From positions 1,214-65,213 of the forward strand of contig DGWW01000147.1 in NCBI GenBank assembly GCA_002395385.1: DNA of 64,000 nucleotides. Reading direction: 5' to 3'. The notes beneath the pieces were generated by a model that was not told where the DNA came from, did no database searches, and worked only from the letters and a program-made list of their open reading frames with translations. Shown one piece after another: positions 49,240 through 60,389 of the stretch. This stretch comes from Myxococcales bacterium UBA4248. Its GTDB lineage: Bacteria > Myxococcota_A > Bradymonadia > UBA4248. Position numbers and translations under genes: made by a program. Each line of letters starts with the position of its first letter. Position 1 is the stretch's first letter.

Positions 49240-51408
49240 ATGGCAAAGAAAAAATCAGTTTCAAAAGCAGAAGCTTCAAAAACCCCTAATGTTCAAACAG
49301 AATCAACTGAACAAGCCCCAATCGTTCAGGCAGAAACGACTGAACAAGCTCCGATCGGCCAGGCAGAATGCACTGAACAGACGACAGACATCCAGACAGA
49401 AATATCAGCACCCGTTGAATTAGAGAAAACAGAAATTCTCAGTCCTTTGGACACGCTAACAGAAAATACGCCACACGAAGAATCCGGGCACCTTCATTCG
49501 ACGGGGGAATTTTCAGTCGAAGGAGAACTGGAAGATTCCCAGGTATTGGCGCGCCTGAGAGCAGTTGCTTTAACACCATCCGAAATCTATCGGGAAGCGC
49601 AGCTGTTTCAAGCACAGAAATTGGATATTTGCGCACTTTTACAAAGCAGCGAACCCATTCTCGTACAAAATGTGGTGGATATTCTGAGAATGCTCGGCAT
49701 CTGGAACAGCATGGCTTTCAGGCATATTGCCGATGATGATTCCCGGACTGTCGAATGTGTAACGCGCTATATTTCTCATTGTTTTAAAAACGGCCTTGTC
49801 AGTGCCATGGATGTCGCCGATGCACTGTCCCCCATCAAAGATGACAATGCGGCAGCGGTATCTTCATTTGCAGAAAAATTCTCTTCCGTACTTCTGAATG
49901 CCATCTCACAGACCCAAAGACCAGACCAACTTGCGGATGTCATGCCGGCTTTCACCCGACTGTGTGTATATTTGGATGGCAAGACGATCAGCCGTTTGCT
50001 CTACGATCCATTGCCAAGTGTACGCATTGCCGTTCTTCGCAGCTTTGTACTTCGGGGCACGATTGATACCAATGACCTGAGTGTTGCGCTCATATTGCTC
50101 AAAGACAAAGACGAGCAGGTCAATATTGCAGTCATGCGCATGATTTCCCGTTTTGCGGTTTACCCGGAACTCGTCATTCCACAGATTCTTCCCTATGTTC
50201 CAGAAGCCTGCGAAGAATTCCTGAACGAAATTCTGGACGTATTCCGCAGCTACGGCAATGCTGCCGTCGAGCCACTCATCATGTCACTTGCCGACCCACG
50301 GGAAGAAATTTTCCAGGCAGCACGCATCATCATAGCGCAAATGCCGCAGCGTTTTACCGAAGGTTTGTTAAAAGCCTTTATCAGTGTGCGGACGAGAGAG
50401 CTCGTCAAAGAGCGAATTATCCAAATTTTGCGGGAGCATCGCGATCCAGGGCGTCGCGAAGAAATTCTTCAGACGCTGAGTGCCTATCTGGATGCCCCAA
50501 ACGATGACTATCCCGAATGGAAGGCACCGGACACGCGCGTCAAATTCATTCCCAAAGCAGTCGATAATGATGATGTTTATCAGCGTATTTTGGGCGAGGA
50601 TGAACTTCCTGCACTTTCGGAAGTCTGTACCGATGAGGTGCTTGGCCGTCTGCTCGGGGATGCGGAAGATTTTGCGAGAATCAATGCATTGAATGTCATT
50701 CGTTACCGGAAAGAGGCTTCACCGGCAATTCAGTTTGAAATGCTCGTCTGGCTCAAATCTTCATCGCCCGACCTTGCCAGAGCCGCACTCGATGCCTATC
50801 TTTCGGTCGAAAAAGACACCGATAAATCGATCGCCGTCATTCTGGGTGCATTCGAGCATGGAGAAAACGACGAAATCAAGAAAAGCTATTTCAATATATT
50901 GCTCCAACATCAGGATGCCATTGATGCACTGATACGTGCCTACTACCAAACCCCAAAGAAATGCGCCAATTTCATCATAAAATTCCTGGCCATTGGTCCG
51001 AGCGAGGCCACCTTTAAGGGTATTTTAGCAGGCATTGAACGCGACAAATCGGTTGCTTGTATCTCAGAGACCCTGAACGCACTCATGCGGACGAAACACC
51101 AGTTCAATGACAAGGCAATCCGTCCCGATTTAATTCGGCTCATTCGGGAACCCCTTTCCTATGGTCATTATGGTTTTATGACGCGTTTGCTCAGTCTCAA
51201 ACTCCTGCAGCTCTATCTCACCCGGGATGAAGAGAGGGACCAGGAAACCATCAGCCAACTGCAGGCTTTTTACAAAGAATGCAAGAATTCAGACCTTAAG
51301 ACATTAACCAAGACTATTCTTAAGGATATGGGCGAAGAAATCTTTGATTTCGACGATGAAGAGGATGATTTTGAAGATTTAAGAGAAGAAGACGAGGATG
51401 ACGAATAA
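49240..51408 (+). CDS. HEAT-repeat protein with N-terminal 11-aa repeats and an acidic C-terminal tail
   Basis: TEQAPIVQAETTEQAPIGQAE repeats. Many Leu-rich helical repeats. C-terminus DFDDEEDDFEDLREEDEDDE. Confidence 0.75.
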   Translation: MAKKKSVSKAEASKTPNVQTESTEQAPIVQAETTEQAPIGQAECTEQTTDIQTEISAPVELEKTEILSPLDTLTENTPHEESGHLHSTGEFSVEGELEDSQVLARLRAVALTPSEIYREAQLFQAQKLDICALLQSSEPILVQNVVDILRMLGIWNSMAFRHIADDDSRTVECVTRYISHCFKNGLVSAMDVADALSPIKDDNAAAVSSFAEKFSSVLLNAISQTQRPDQLADVMPAFTRLCVYLDGKTISRLLYDPLPSVRIAVLRSFVLRGTIDTNDLSVALILLKDKDEQVNIAVMRMISRFAVYPELVIPQILPYVPEACEEFLNEILDVFRSYGNAAVEPLIMSLADPREEIFQAARIIIAQMPQRFTEGLLKAFISVRTRELVKERIIQILREHRDPGRREEILQTLSAYLDAPNDDYPEWKAPDTRVKFIPKAVDNDDVYQRILGEDELPALSEVCTDEVLGRLLGDAEDFARINALNVIRYRKEASPAIQFEMLVWLKSSSPDLARAALDAYLSVEKDTDKSIAVILGAFEHGENDEIKKSYFNILLQHQDAIDALIRAYYQTPKKCANFIIKFLAIGPSEATFKGILAGIERDKSVACISETLNALMRTKHQFNDKAIRPDLIRLIREPLSYGHYGFMTRLLSLKLLQLYLTRDEERDQETISQLQAFYKECKNSDLKTLTKTILKDMGEEIFDFDDEEDDFEDLREEDEDDE

Positions 51409-51422
51409 AGGAGTGATATGTC

Positions 51423-51824
51423 ATGACAACATTGGATGAGCTCAAGGAACTGGCCATAGAAGCACAAAAAAAAGCCTACTGTCCCTACTCAAATTTTCCG
51501 GTAGGAGCGGCCCTTGAATGCAACGACGGTACTGTATTTACAGGATGTAATATTGAAAATGCATCCTATCCCATCGGTATCTGTGCCGAAAGGACCGCCA
51601 TGTCCAAAGCGATCAGTGAAGGGCACTACGATTTTAAACGCATCGTCATTGTTGCCAATACAGCGGATTATTGCTCGCCATGCGGCATGTGCCGTCAGTT
51701 CATGTTCGAATTTTCGCCGGAGTTAGAACTGATCTGCCTCAATGCAAACCACGATGCCAAATCATTTTCACTCAATGAACTGCTCGTCCATGGTTTTAAC
51801 GGGAGCAGCATGAGCAACCGATAA
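51423..51824 (+). CDS. cdd: cytidine deaminase
   Basis: Zinc-binding motifs CAERTAM and CSPCGMCRQ. Confidence 0.9.
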   Translation: MTTLDELKELAIEAQKKAYCPYSNFPVGAALECNDGTVFTGCNIENASYPIGICAERTAMSKAISEGHYDFKRIVIVANTADYCSPCGMCRQFMFEFSPELELICLNANHDAKSFSLNELLVHGFNGSSMSNR

Positions 51825-51831
51825 GTAAGTC

Positions 51832-51905
51832 CGGTGCGTATTGTGGCAACGCCACAATAGCACCGGCAAATGACGCGTATTTGGCATCGCCAAAAAGCGG
51901 CATTT
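51832..51905. repeat. REP-like palindrome
   Basis: CCGGTGCGTATTGTGGC-AAC-GCCACAATAGCACCGG. Confidence 0.65.
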
Positions 51906-51984
51906 CCAAACAAAGATCTTGACAGGCAACGATATTTTAAGTACAAGCCGCGCTCGACATCGATAGTAGTTATCGGGTCGTTAC

Positions 51985-52056
<72 letters not shown>

Positions 52057-52060
52057 TTCA

Positions 52061-52086
52061 AGCAGCCCAAATGGCTGCTTTTTTTG
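52061..52086 (+). terminator. Rho-independent terminator after tRNA-Val
   Basis: AGCAGCC-CAAAT-GGCTGCT followed by T7. Confidence 0.7.
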
Positions 52087-52111
52087 TTTCAGCCAAAAGC
52101 AAAGGAGGAAA

Positions 52112-54131
52112 AATGGGACGTGCGCTCACGATTGACGATCTTTTTCACATTGAGCGGCTCTCTCAGATGGCGATTTCTCCAAACGGGCGCTATGCCTGGC
52201 TGACAACCAAAAAAATTGAACTCGCCGAAAACCTTACGACGACACATAATTATAAAATAGATTTGGAAAGCGGCGTTTCTTCAGAGATCGCTTTGCATGA
52301 AAAAGGCGCAAGTGATTTCGCTTTTTCAAACGACGGCAAATGGATATTTTTTGTCGCCGACGGACAGATTTATTGTGCCAATAGCGACGGCTCATGTGTC
52401 AAGGCCATTACGAAGGGACCGGGAGGTGCATCACGTCCGGTCGTTTCTCCCGATGGCAACCGTGTGCTGTTTTCGCGCTCGGTTTATATCGATCCCAACG
52501 TCCAGAGCATTTTTGAAAAAGACGAAAAACAACCCGATTTGGCCACCCTATATCGCGCCAGCCACCCCAAAGCTCAGGTACGCATTGCCGACAGACTCAT
52601 GTACCGTCATTGGGACAGCTGGTGTGAAAACAAACGAAACCACCTGTTTATCGTCGATGTTTCAACAGGCCAAATGACCGATTTGACGCCCATAGATGCC
52701 GATGTTCCGCCGATTGCGCTTGAGTCTGCATGTGATTACGATTTTTCGCCCGATGGGAAGCATGTTGCTTTCGTCATGAATCCGGATCCGGTTGTCGCAC
52801 GTTCGACCAACAACAGCATCTATCTCATGCCGATCGATGGAACAGTCCCCGGCGAAGCCGTCAGAATTTCCGATACCGACGGCTGCGATACTGCCCCACA
52901 ATTCCTGAGTGATACAGAAATTGCCTATTGTACGCTCGTCACGCCCGGATACGAAGCCGATGCCACCCGACTCAAGGTTTTCGATCTCAAAACCCGTCAT
53001 ACCCGCATTTATCTCGAAGATTTCGAACGTTCCATCGATTCATTTGTCCAGACACAGCCGGGTAAACTGCTCTTTAAAGCACAGGATTTTGCACATAGTG
53101 GTCTGTTTGTCCTCGATTTAAAGTCTGGCCATGTACAACAGCTCACTTCGGGGCGCACCTATTCGAAATTTGTGTACGGCGGCGGTAAAATTTTAGTCGG
53201 CCTCGAAGCCCTCAATGCACCGCTCGAATGCGTCGAAATCACAAATCTGCAGGCTTTTGATCCGCTCATTACAATGGGCAGTGAGCGTGTTTCGAACGAA
53301 GAACTCCATTATCTGACACATTTTGGCGATGTTTTGGCTGACGTGGATCTCGACCGCGGCCGGTGTATGCATTACCATTATAAGGAAGATACACTCGAAG
53401 GTTATGTCGTTCTTCCGCCGGGATTCGACGCTAACAAAAAATATCCTTTCATTCTTTTGATCCATGGTGGTCCACAGGGCGCTTTTCTCGACCAGTTCCA
53501 TTACCGCTGGAATGTCGCCATGTTTGCTTCGCAAGGCGCTATTGTCGGTTTTTGCAATCCCCATGGTTCGACCGGTTATGGACATGCCCTGACCAGAGCT
53601 ATCAGCAAACACTGGGGCGATGATTGCCCCGATGCCATCATGGCATTTGTAGATCATGTCCTTGAGGAAATACCGCAGATCGATGAGAACAGGATGTCTG
53701 CCGCCGGCGCCTCTTTTGGCGGATTCATGATCAACTGGCTCATGGGACATACCGACCGATTTAAAGCATTCGTCAGCCATGATGGTATTTTTAATACCGA
53801 AATGTCCGGATATCTCACCGATGAGCTGTGGTTTAATGAATATGAATTCGGCGGCAAACCGTTTGATGAGGATGCTGCAGCACTTTGTCGTAAGTTTTCA
53901 CCACATCATTTTGTTAAAAACTTTAAAACACCGACGCTCGTCATCCAGGGTGAACAGGATTTTAGATGTTATACATCCGAAGGCATTGCGCTCTTCACTG
54001 CACTCCAATACATGGGCGTCAAAAGTCGTTTAATCTATTTCCCAAACGAAGGGCACTGGGTACTCGATCCTGCCGACAGTTATGTCTGGTACACCGAAGT
54101 TTTAAACTGGCTCATGACCGAAATGGGGTAA
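52112..54131 (+). CDS. S9-family serine peptidase (prolyl oligopeptidase / acylaminoacyl-peptidase-like) with a beta-propeller N-domain
   Basis: AAAGGAGG RBS before ATG 52112. The listed ORF start 51870 overlaps the tRNA. Nucleophile GASFGGFM, with Asp/His downstream. Confidence 0.9.
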
Positions 54132-54198
54132 ATAGGCCCAAATTGGTAGCTATTCAGCCGCAAGCTGCTGACTTGTTTCCATGTTTTTTTTGCACAGT

Positions 54199-54337
54199 CA
54201 GGCATTAGGCCTCAGGCAGGAGTTTATCAAACACAGAGGTTAGGCGATTGTCGGAAGTCATGTCTTTTTTCAGAGCATACTTACTGTTGCCTTCTGCCTG
54301 GGCTGACTCATCCTTAGTCCTTTAGATGCGACATAGG
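54199..54337. repeat. roughly 120-135 bp repeated element, copy B (copy A at 12477..12612)
   Basis: Aligns with 12477..12612 at about 80% identity. Confidence 0.7.
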
Positions 54338-54352
54338 TACATGAAACATGGC

Positions 54353-55798
54353 CTAAAGCATAAATGTGCAAATAAACAATACAGCATTTAACAAAACAAT
54401 GCCGACAACGATGGCAAGCCATGAAGTGAGACGTGACTTGCCATCGTTATTTTTTGGCTCATATCGTCCGCTGTTTTGTAAATCCAAATGCATTCCGGTT
54501 TCAATTCTTTGGATATCAGCAATCATATCGGTCGCATTTTTATAACGAAAATCCGGATCTTTATTGAGTGCACGCCGCAGCATATCTCCCATCGGGGATT
54601 GCAGTATCCATTGCGGAATTGGAATCGGTTCAGGTGAGGTCGATAATTTAACAATGGATACGGGAGATTTCGGCAACAATGCCTTCCCCGTCAGCATTTC
54701 GACGAGAATGAGTGCAATCGAATAGAGATCAGTCGAATGCGTTGCTTCATCCCCATAAAGCAATTCCGGCGCCAGATATTGCGGCGTACCCAATATTTTT
54801 CCATTCTCTGTCAGACGAGGCATACCTCTGTATTGAACTTTGGCAATGCCAAAATCGAGAACTTTTACAAAATCCTGTTCACCAATAATATTTCGAATCA
54901 GAATATTCGAGGGCTTGAGATCCCGATGTATAATTCCTCGCTCATGCGCTTCGTGAATGCTTTTAAGTATTTGTTTGGCAATATTAAGAGAACGCAGAGG
55001 ATCGAGTGAGTGCTCGATATCAATGAGCTCCCTGAGGGACTTGCCTTCAATATATTCCATGACATAATATAGGTGATTGTCATCCATACCGGCATCGATC
55101 AATTGTATGGTATTGGGATGCACCAGGTCTTTGATGATATTGGCTTCGAGAAAGAATCGTTTAACATTTGAACAATCATTCTGTGCATGAAGCCGCTTGA
55201 GCGCAACAACGCGATCGAGGCCGATTTGCCTTGCCCGATAAACGATACCAAAACCGCCGCGGGATATTTCGGACAAGATTTCATATCGGTTTCCAATGAC
55301 TTTTCCAATATCGACTTCTCTCGAATCAAGCCTGGTCGATTCTTTGGATGGAGACAATAGCTTATCCTCCGTGAGTTCAACGGTCTCGTCGGCCTGTTTG
55401 CTGGCGAGCGGAAGCATGTGCCGGCAAGTCGGCGTAGCCAATTCGTTGGAAATCGTTCTGTCATCGGTATTGGTCTTTTCATCTGCAGTATTTGAGGATA
55501 TCGCAAAGACCCTCGTTTTTTTATCATTCCCTTTGGGCGCATCCACAAATTGAACCGTTTTTTGATTGCGCCCCGGAACAGATTTAAAACAGGTTTCACA
55601 CTCAGGGTCTATTTTGTCGATATAGCGTGTTACAGCCGTATCCCCAATTCCGTCGCGAATTTCAGAGGCCAAAGAATGCTGTCTGGTTGTTCCTTCTTTA
55701 AGATTCATGCAGCCACTTACGGTATCTGCAAGCCCAATGGAATAACCAGAAATGGTAGTGCGAGCTGTCAAAAGACTAATCGATGCTGAATAATTCAT
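54353..55798 (-). CDS. Ser/Thr protein kinase with a canonical catalytic loop, an N-terminal extension and a C-terminal TM anchor
   Basis: Motifs GRGGFGIVYRA, VALKRL, HRDLKPSN, DFGIAK, PQYLAPE. C-terminal TM LAIVVGIVLLNAVLFICTFML. AAGGAG RBS. Confidence 0.9.
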   Translation of the reverse strand: MNYSASISLLTARTTISGYSIGLADTVSGCMNLKEGTTRQHSLASEIRDGIGDTAVTRYIDKIDPECETCFKSVPGRNQKTVQFVDAPKGNDKKTRVFAISSNTADEKTNTDDRTISNELATPTCRHMLPLASKQADETVELTEDKLLSPSKESTRLDSREVDIGKVIGNRYEILSEISRGGFGIVYRARQIGLDRVVALKRLHAQNDCSNVKRFFLEANIIKDLVHPNTIQLIDAGMDDNHLYYVMEYIEGKSLRELIDIEHSLDPLRSLNIAKQILKSIHEAHERGIIHRDLKPSNILIRNIIGEQDFVKVLDFGIAKVQYRGMPRLTENGKILGTPQYLAPELLYGDEATHSTDLYSIALILVEMLTGKALLPKSPVSIVKLSTSPEPIPIPQWILQSPMGDMLRRALNKDPDFRYKNATDMIADIQRIETGMHLDLQNSGRYEPKNNDGKSRLTSWLAIVVGIVLLNAVLFICTFML

Positions 55799-55840
55799 GG
55801 GTCACTCCTTGACGATACGGGTTATCGAAAATGTGGATAT

Positions 55841-55884
55841 CTATAATATGGGCAATTTTTTCAAAAAAAGGCCAAAAAATTGAG
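55841..55884. promoter_or_regulatory. 45 bp dyad-symmetric element, copy 3 of 3, in the promoter region of the kinase gene
   Basis: CTATAATATGGGCAATTTTTTCAAAAAAAGGCCAAAAAATTGAG, 40-90 bp upstream of the kinase ATG. Confidence 0.6.
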
Positions 55885-55965
55885 AAAAAATAAAAAAAAT
55901 ATACAATAGCTCATTCTAACCGTGAGAAACCGATGGTTTCTTGCGACGATGAAGTGAGGACCGGA

Positions 55966-58104
55966 ATGAAATACAAGGATGTATGCCGCCAATTAAAAAA
56001 TTTTTCCTGGATGCTTGCATGTTTATGGATGGCTTCCGGACACACAGCCGATGCCCAGGAAAGTGAAATCAATGGCGAAACAGAGCCCAGTCAGATACAG
56101 GAAATCCCCGCAGACACTTCAGAATTGCCAACACCAGATCAAAATCTTCAAGCAGAAGAAGGCAGCTCCGAAATCGAACAAACAGACACTTCAGAATTGC
56201 CAACACCAGCTCAAAATCTTCAAGCAGAAGAAGGCAACTCCGAAATCGAACCATCCGATTCCCCAATCAAAACCATTGCAGCTCAAACACAACCATCAGA
56301 CGCAAAAGCACAGAATCAGGCGATCCCGCAACCTCAACCGTCTGCCAAAGGTTCAATCTGCATCGAAGCCGATCTGTCCGATGCTACCCAAAATGCAGAA
56401 TGGATGACGCTGATTGGCCTTGCCCCGACGGAAGAAGAGAATACCTTTGTATCGACCGACAGCACGCACAAGACCATCCATGCATTGTCTAACGATCCTA
56501 AACTCGATCAACTGCTGACGCTGTATGAACAGTATCTCGAACATTCATTCGTAGCAGAACCGTCGATCCTGAATGATGCAATGGATGCCCTGTTCAGTCA
56601 TCCCGATCTGAATCAGAAGGAAAAAATTGCTGTTTTCCTTACGATGAGTCCTTATCTCATAGAACATGCCAGAAGCTCTGGAGATATGGTAACCTGTCGC
56701 AAACTCCAGCAAAATGCCCAATCTATGCAACGGTTGTGGCCAAAGCAATTAAACATCGTATGTGCGGATGATTCGCGCGAAATACGTTTTTCGCTCTCTC
56801 ATCTCGTCCGTGGGCATATTTCACAGGCGAATATGATCAAAGCCTTGCCTTGTATGCCAAATCAGTCCTCCAAACCGCTGAGTTGTCAATCCTATGTCAC
56901 AGATCTATCGAATTGGGGCGCCTCCCTCGATCATCTGCTAGAAGATGCCCTCTGGGCGCTCAACCAAAAAGACAACGAATTTACGATTCAGGCCATGGCC
57001 AACCTCGGACGTGAGCTTAAGCGACTCAATGCTTCTAACGCACAAACGGTGCAGGACGGCAACGCTGCAGACGATGAAAACATTCAAAAAATGCTGTGTC
57101 AAAGTCAGGTCATAGAAATCCTCGCACTCGAGCAGACGCGCTTTGCAGAACTGGCTGCGTTCGAAGCTGACCTTCAAAAAATGACGGGAACGTCCTTTTA
57201 TGATCGACTGAAAAGCCAGAAATCCTGTCAGCTTTCGGGCAACTTTGCGAGTACTTTTGCGCGTCTAAAAACCGATCATGCCAGCACCATAAAATGGTTA
57301 ACGGACAATTTCGATCCCAAGAAGCGAAAAAAACTCGACAAAGCCCTGACCGCCTGGACAAAAAAAGGCACCAAATATGTTCGTTCACAGCGACGTTTAT
57401 GGGCTTCGTGGACAGCCTGGAGCCTAGGAGAATACAACCTGGCAGCCAAAGCAGCCGGCGACGTCATGGACGGCAAAAGCAGGCTCGTCCATCCTCAGCT
57501 GTACTCCTACGATTTGATGCTCAAAGCCATCAAAAGGGAATTTCCTGCCCTTGAGAATCTCCAAACTTACGCGCGACTGATGAACCTCAAGAGTCCGGCG
57601 CTCGTCTACCAAACACTGACTCAATGTGCACGCTGGCTCTCATCATCCGAAAAGAAGGATGTCGTCGAAGCCGTTCGTCCCTATTCGCCAAGCCAGGCCT
57701 CGTATGAAGCTGCCGAATTCTTTATGGCATACAGCGATGAACTTCGTACAAACATGAATGCGGCCCACCGTGTGGCCGTCGACAGCTGGCTCGAAACAGA
57801 GGTCGCCTCGACCGAATCCACCGAGGCCAAACAACAGCGCCGTTTAATCTGGTTAAACGATGCCGTCGAAGCCCAAACCTGGGACGACGCACTTCAAGTC
57901 TCAGAAACTTCAATTGCTTCAGCATCGACCCAAAAAGACGAAGTTTTCTGGTGCCTTTCGGCCAACAACGCACTGCAGGCACTGGGGCGCGACACAGCCT
58001 ACCATTGCGAATCCTGCCCTGATTTAACGGCCTGTGCCACAGAAACCGGAAAATCCTGGTTCAAGGATGCCGTCCAATGTTACGATAAAATTGAATGCCA
58101 ATAG
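55966..58104 (+). CDS. secreted protein with two 24-aa tandem repeats near the N-terminus
   Basis: Start MKYKD at 55966 with a GTGAGGA RBS. Signal peptide ..WMLACLWMASGHTADA. A 72 bp unit repeated twice (56111-56254). Confidence 0.75.
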   Translation: MKYKDVCRQLKNFSWMLACLWMASGHTADAQESEINGETEPSQIQEIPADTSELPTPDQNLQAEEGSSEIEQTDTSELPTPAQNLQAEEGNSEIEPSDSPIKTIAAQTQPSDAKAQNQAIPQPQPSAKGSICIEADLSDATQNAEWMTLIGLAPTEEENTFVSTDSTHKTIHALSNDPKLDQLLTLYEQYLEHSFVAEPSILNDAMDALFSHPDLNQKEKIAVFLTMSPYLIEHARSSGDMVTCRKLQQNAQSMQRLWPKQLNIVCADDSREIRFSLSHLVRGHISQANMIKALPCMPNQSSKPLSCQSYVTDLSNWGASLDHLLEDALWALNQKDNEFTIQAMANLGRELKRLNASNAQTVQDGNAADDENIQKMLCQSQVIEILALEQTRFAELAAFEADLQKMTGTSFYDRLKSQKSCQLSGNFASTFARLKTDHASTIKWLTDNFDPKKRKKLDKALTAWTKKGTKYVRSQRRLWASWTAWSLGEYNLAAKAAGDVMDGKSRLVHPQLYSYDLMLKAIKREFPALENLQTYARLMNLKSPALVYQTLTQCARWLSSSEKKDVVEAVRPYSPSQASYEAAEFFMAYSDELRTNMNAAHRVAVDSWLETEVASTESTEAKQQRRLIWLNDAVEAQTWDDALQVSETSIASASTQKDEVFWCLSANNALQALGRDTAYHCESCPDLTACATETGKSWFKDAVQCYDKIECQ

Positions 58105-58206
58105 GTCTTTGGATTTGCCCCAGGCCTACAGCATTTCACTTTGACATGATTCTGTCGAAAGCCTGTAGGGCTTTTATCGCAACTTTTTAAATGCTGTAAC
58201 CCTGGT

Positions 58207-58345
58207 TAATGCATAATGCATAATCATGAATGCATAATGAAATGCAGCACTGAGAGGATTTGAATGATTCCTTTGGTTTTGCACACGCATTCAGAATTAT
58301 GAATTCAGAATTATGAATTAAAGATATTTTAAGTATTTTGTGAAA
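58207..58345. repeat. MITE-like palindromic element, copy B
   Basis: See 40126..40270. Confidence 0.75.
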
Positions 58346-58397
58346 CGGCTCTTACTCCAGGGCAGAAACGTTGCTTTTATCCAGACTTTTAGCTTCT

Positions 58398-58480
58398 TTG
58401 GCGCGTGCTATTTGGTTCCAAACGTGAACACGTTTGAAACCAAATACGCCCTGCGCGCGCTGCTATTTTTTCAAAAAAAA
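58398..58480. repeat. REP-like palindrome
   Basis: GGCGCGTGCTATTTGGTTCCAAACGTG-AACA-CGTTTGAAACCAAATACGCCCTGCGCGC. Confidence 0.65.
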
Positions 58481-58489
58481 TACGCAGCG

Positions 58490-60082
58490 CTAATCCCATT
58501 CGGGCATGCGATGGCCCAAATACAGAATACCCATTTTGGGATACTTCTCCCGAATGCGCTCAAAGATTTGCCTGCAGAGTTCCGGTTCGAGCTCGCTGGC
58601 CATTTGATCGATGACGAGCAGCTTCGGATGCGTGACCAAAGATCTGGCGAGCATCACTCTGCGCTGTTCCCCGCCACTCAGGCGTGAGCCCTGATCGCCG
58701 ATAGATTCGGTGCCAAAACGGCGGTCTACTTCTTCGAGTGCGCACACATAGAGGAGTTCATGGTACTGTTCGTCCGTGAGTGTATCCCCCAAAAGTGCAA
58801 CATTATCCCGAACACTGCCATCGAACAGGACATTTTCCTGACAAACAAAGCCAATATTTTTGACATCACCCTCAGGAACATCAATTGCTCCCTGCGCGAT
58901 GGGATAAAGTCCCAGGATACACCTGGCCAATGTGGTTTTTCCCGAACCGGATGGCAGCAAAATCGCTTTCCGCTCTCCCTCAGAGAGTGAAAGATTTTCA
59001 TCTTCCCAGATGACATGATCGCCAAAAGAGAAAGAAAGATGATCGACCAGGAGCAGTCTTGGAGACTGTGCTTTCCCGAAATGGACTTCGGGAGCAGCCG
59101 GAAGGCGCTCAATATCGCAAGATCTGGCGCGGCCTTCGAGGTATTGCTGCCACGCGCTGAAGAGAGAGGTACTGCTCTTTAAAATTGCAAAAAGGCGCGC
59201 CAAATAAACCTGAAAAGCGACCACTGCACCGAGCGTCAAAGCATCCGACATGACAAGATAACCGCCGTACCCAAAGACCGCCACGAGCACAAAAGCTTGT
59301 AAAATATCGAAAAATGGGCCCTGTACAGCCAATCTTTTTTGAAGTGTATAACCGGCCTGGCAACATTGTTCACTCGTCGTTTCGAATTTTGAAGTGAACT
59401 GTGATTCGCGATGAAGCGCACGAATCGAGGTCAAAGCCGTAAAATAATCCGTAAATTCGCGGAACAGAGATTCATGCGTCTCGAATTCTCGCCGTGCAGC
59501 AGGCCGAATCTTGTGTTTGATCCAAAGCCACAAAGCAGCAGAAAAAGGGCATAAGATGAGGCTCAGAATGGCTGTCTGCCAGGAGAGATAAAGCAAAGCC
59601 ACGACTGTGCCCAATCCCGTCACAAGCAGCGCAGCCCCCTGTGTATAGAGTACCTCCATAAAATAGCTTTCGCTCGAGGATGCAAAGAGGATCTGGCCCA
59701 TGGCCTGGCCTCGCACCTGATCGGGCAGTGCACGCATATCGGCATACATGACACGCCTGAACAATGCATTCATGCGCGCCATCTGCAGATTGAGGCGAAG
59801 TTTTGCGATTTGGCAGACGCCCAGATAACGCAATATCCCCGACAGGATCTGAGCCAGCGTGACGATACCAAGCCAGATGGCCAGAATTTGTATATCCCGG
59901 TTTACAATGCCGACATCGACGATTTTGGCAATTCCCCACGGAACGACGAGGGAAAGCAGCGATGCCACAGCAATCCAAATCCCTGCCAGGATCCATCTGG
60001 CACGAGCGAGTTCCTGCAGATGGGGATGGGACGGCTCAAATTGTTCTTCAGATGGAATGGAATGTCCGCCATTGAAAGGCAT
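58490..60082 (-). CDS. fused ABC transporter permease/ATP-binding protein (exporter type) with a degenerate nucleotide-binding site
   Basis: Six-TM N-domain. Walker A LPSGSGKTT, signature LSGGE (Q changed to E), Walker B LLVIDQ (catalytic E changed to Q), H-loop GHR. Confidence 0.85.
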   Translation of the reverse strand: MPFNGGHSIPSEEQFEPSHPHLQELARARWILAGIWIAVASLLSLVVPWGIAKIVDVGIVNRDIQILAIWLGIVTLAQILSGILRYLGVCQIAKLRLNLQMARMNALFRRVMYADMRALPDQVRGQAMGQILFASSSESYFMEVLYTQGAALLVTGLGTVVALLYLSWQTAILSLILCPFSAALWLWIKHKIRPAARREFETHESLFREFTDYFTALTSIRALHRESQFTSKFETTSEQCCQAGYTLQKRLAVQGPFFDILQAFVLVAVFGYGGYLVMSDALTLGAVVAFQVYLARLFAILKSSTSLFSAWQQYLEGRARSCDIERLPAAPEVHFGKAQSPRLLLVDHLSFSFGDHVIWEDENLSLSEGERKAILLPSGSGKTTLARCILGLYPIAQGAIDVPEGDVKNIGFVCQENVLFDGSVRDNVALLGDTLTDEQYHELLYVCALEEVDRRFGTESIGDQGSRLSGGEQRRVMLARSLVTHPKLLVIDQMASELEPELCRQIFERIREKYPKMGILYLGHRMPEWD

Positions 60083-60097
60083 GCATCACCCATGTAT

Positions 60098-60182
60098 GTG
60101 CTGTGCATCAAAAAAAGGCCGCGACGTATGCAATAGGCGCGGCGCGCATCCTGCAGCGGCCATGCCGCAAAGGTGCGCACAA
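60098..60182. repeat. REP-like palindromes
   Basis: GGCCGCGACGTATGC-AATAGGCGCGGC. Confidence 0.6.
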
Positions 60183-60389
60183 ATAAAAAAACATCCGAAG
60201 CGATGTCGGATGTTTGAAAAAAACAACGTTCAATTGTGTTACGGACGTGTCGAACTCGTATTTGGAAATGAATCTTTGCGCGTACCGGTCGAGCCCTGAA
60301 TCAGGGTACCGAGTTTGCCAAGATGTTCAACTTTCGGTGTTTCGTATATTTTTTTGGATTTTTTAGATGTATCGTTCATAAGTGTCTCC

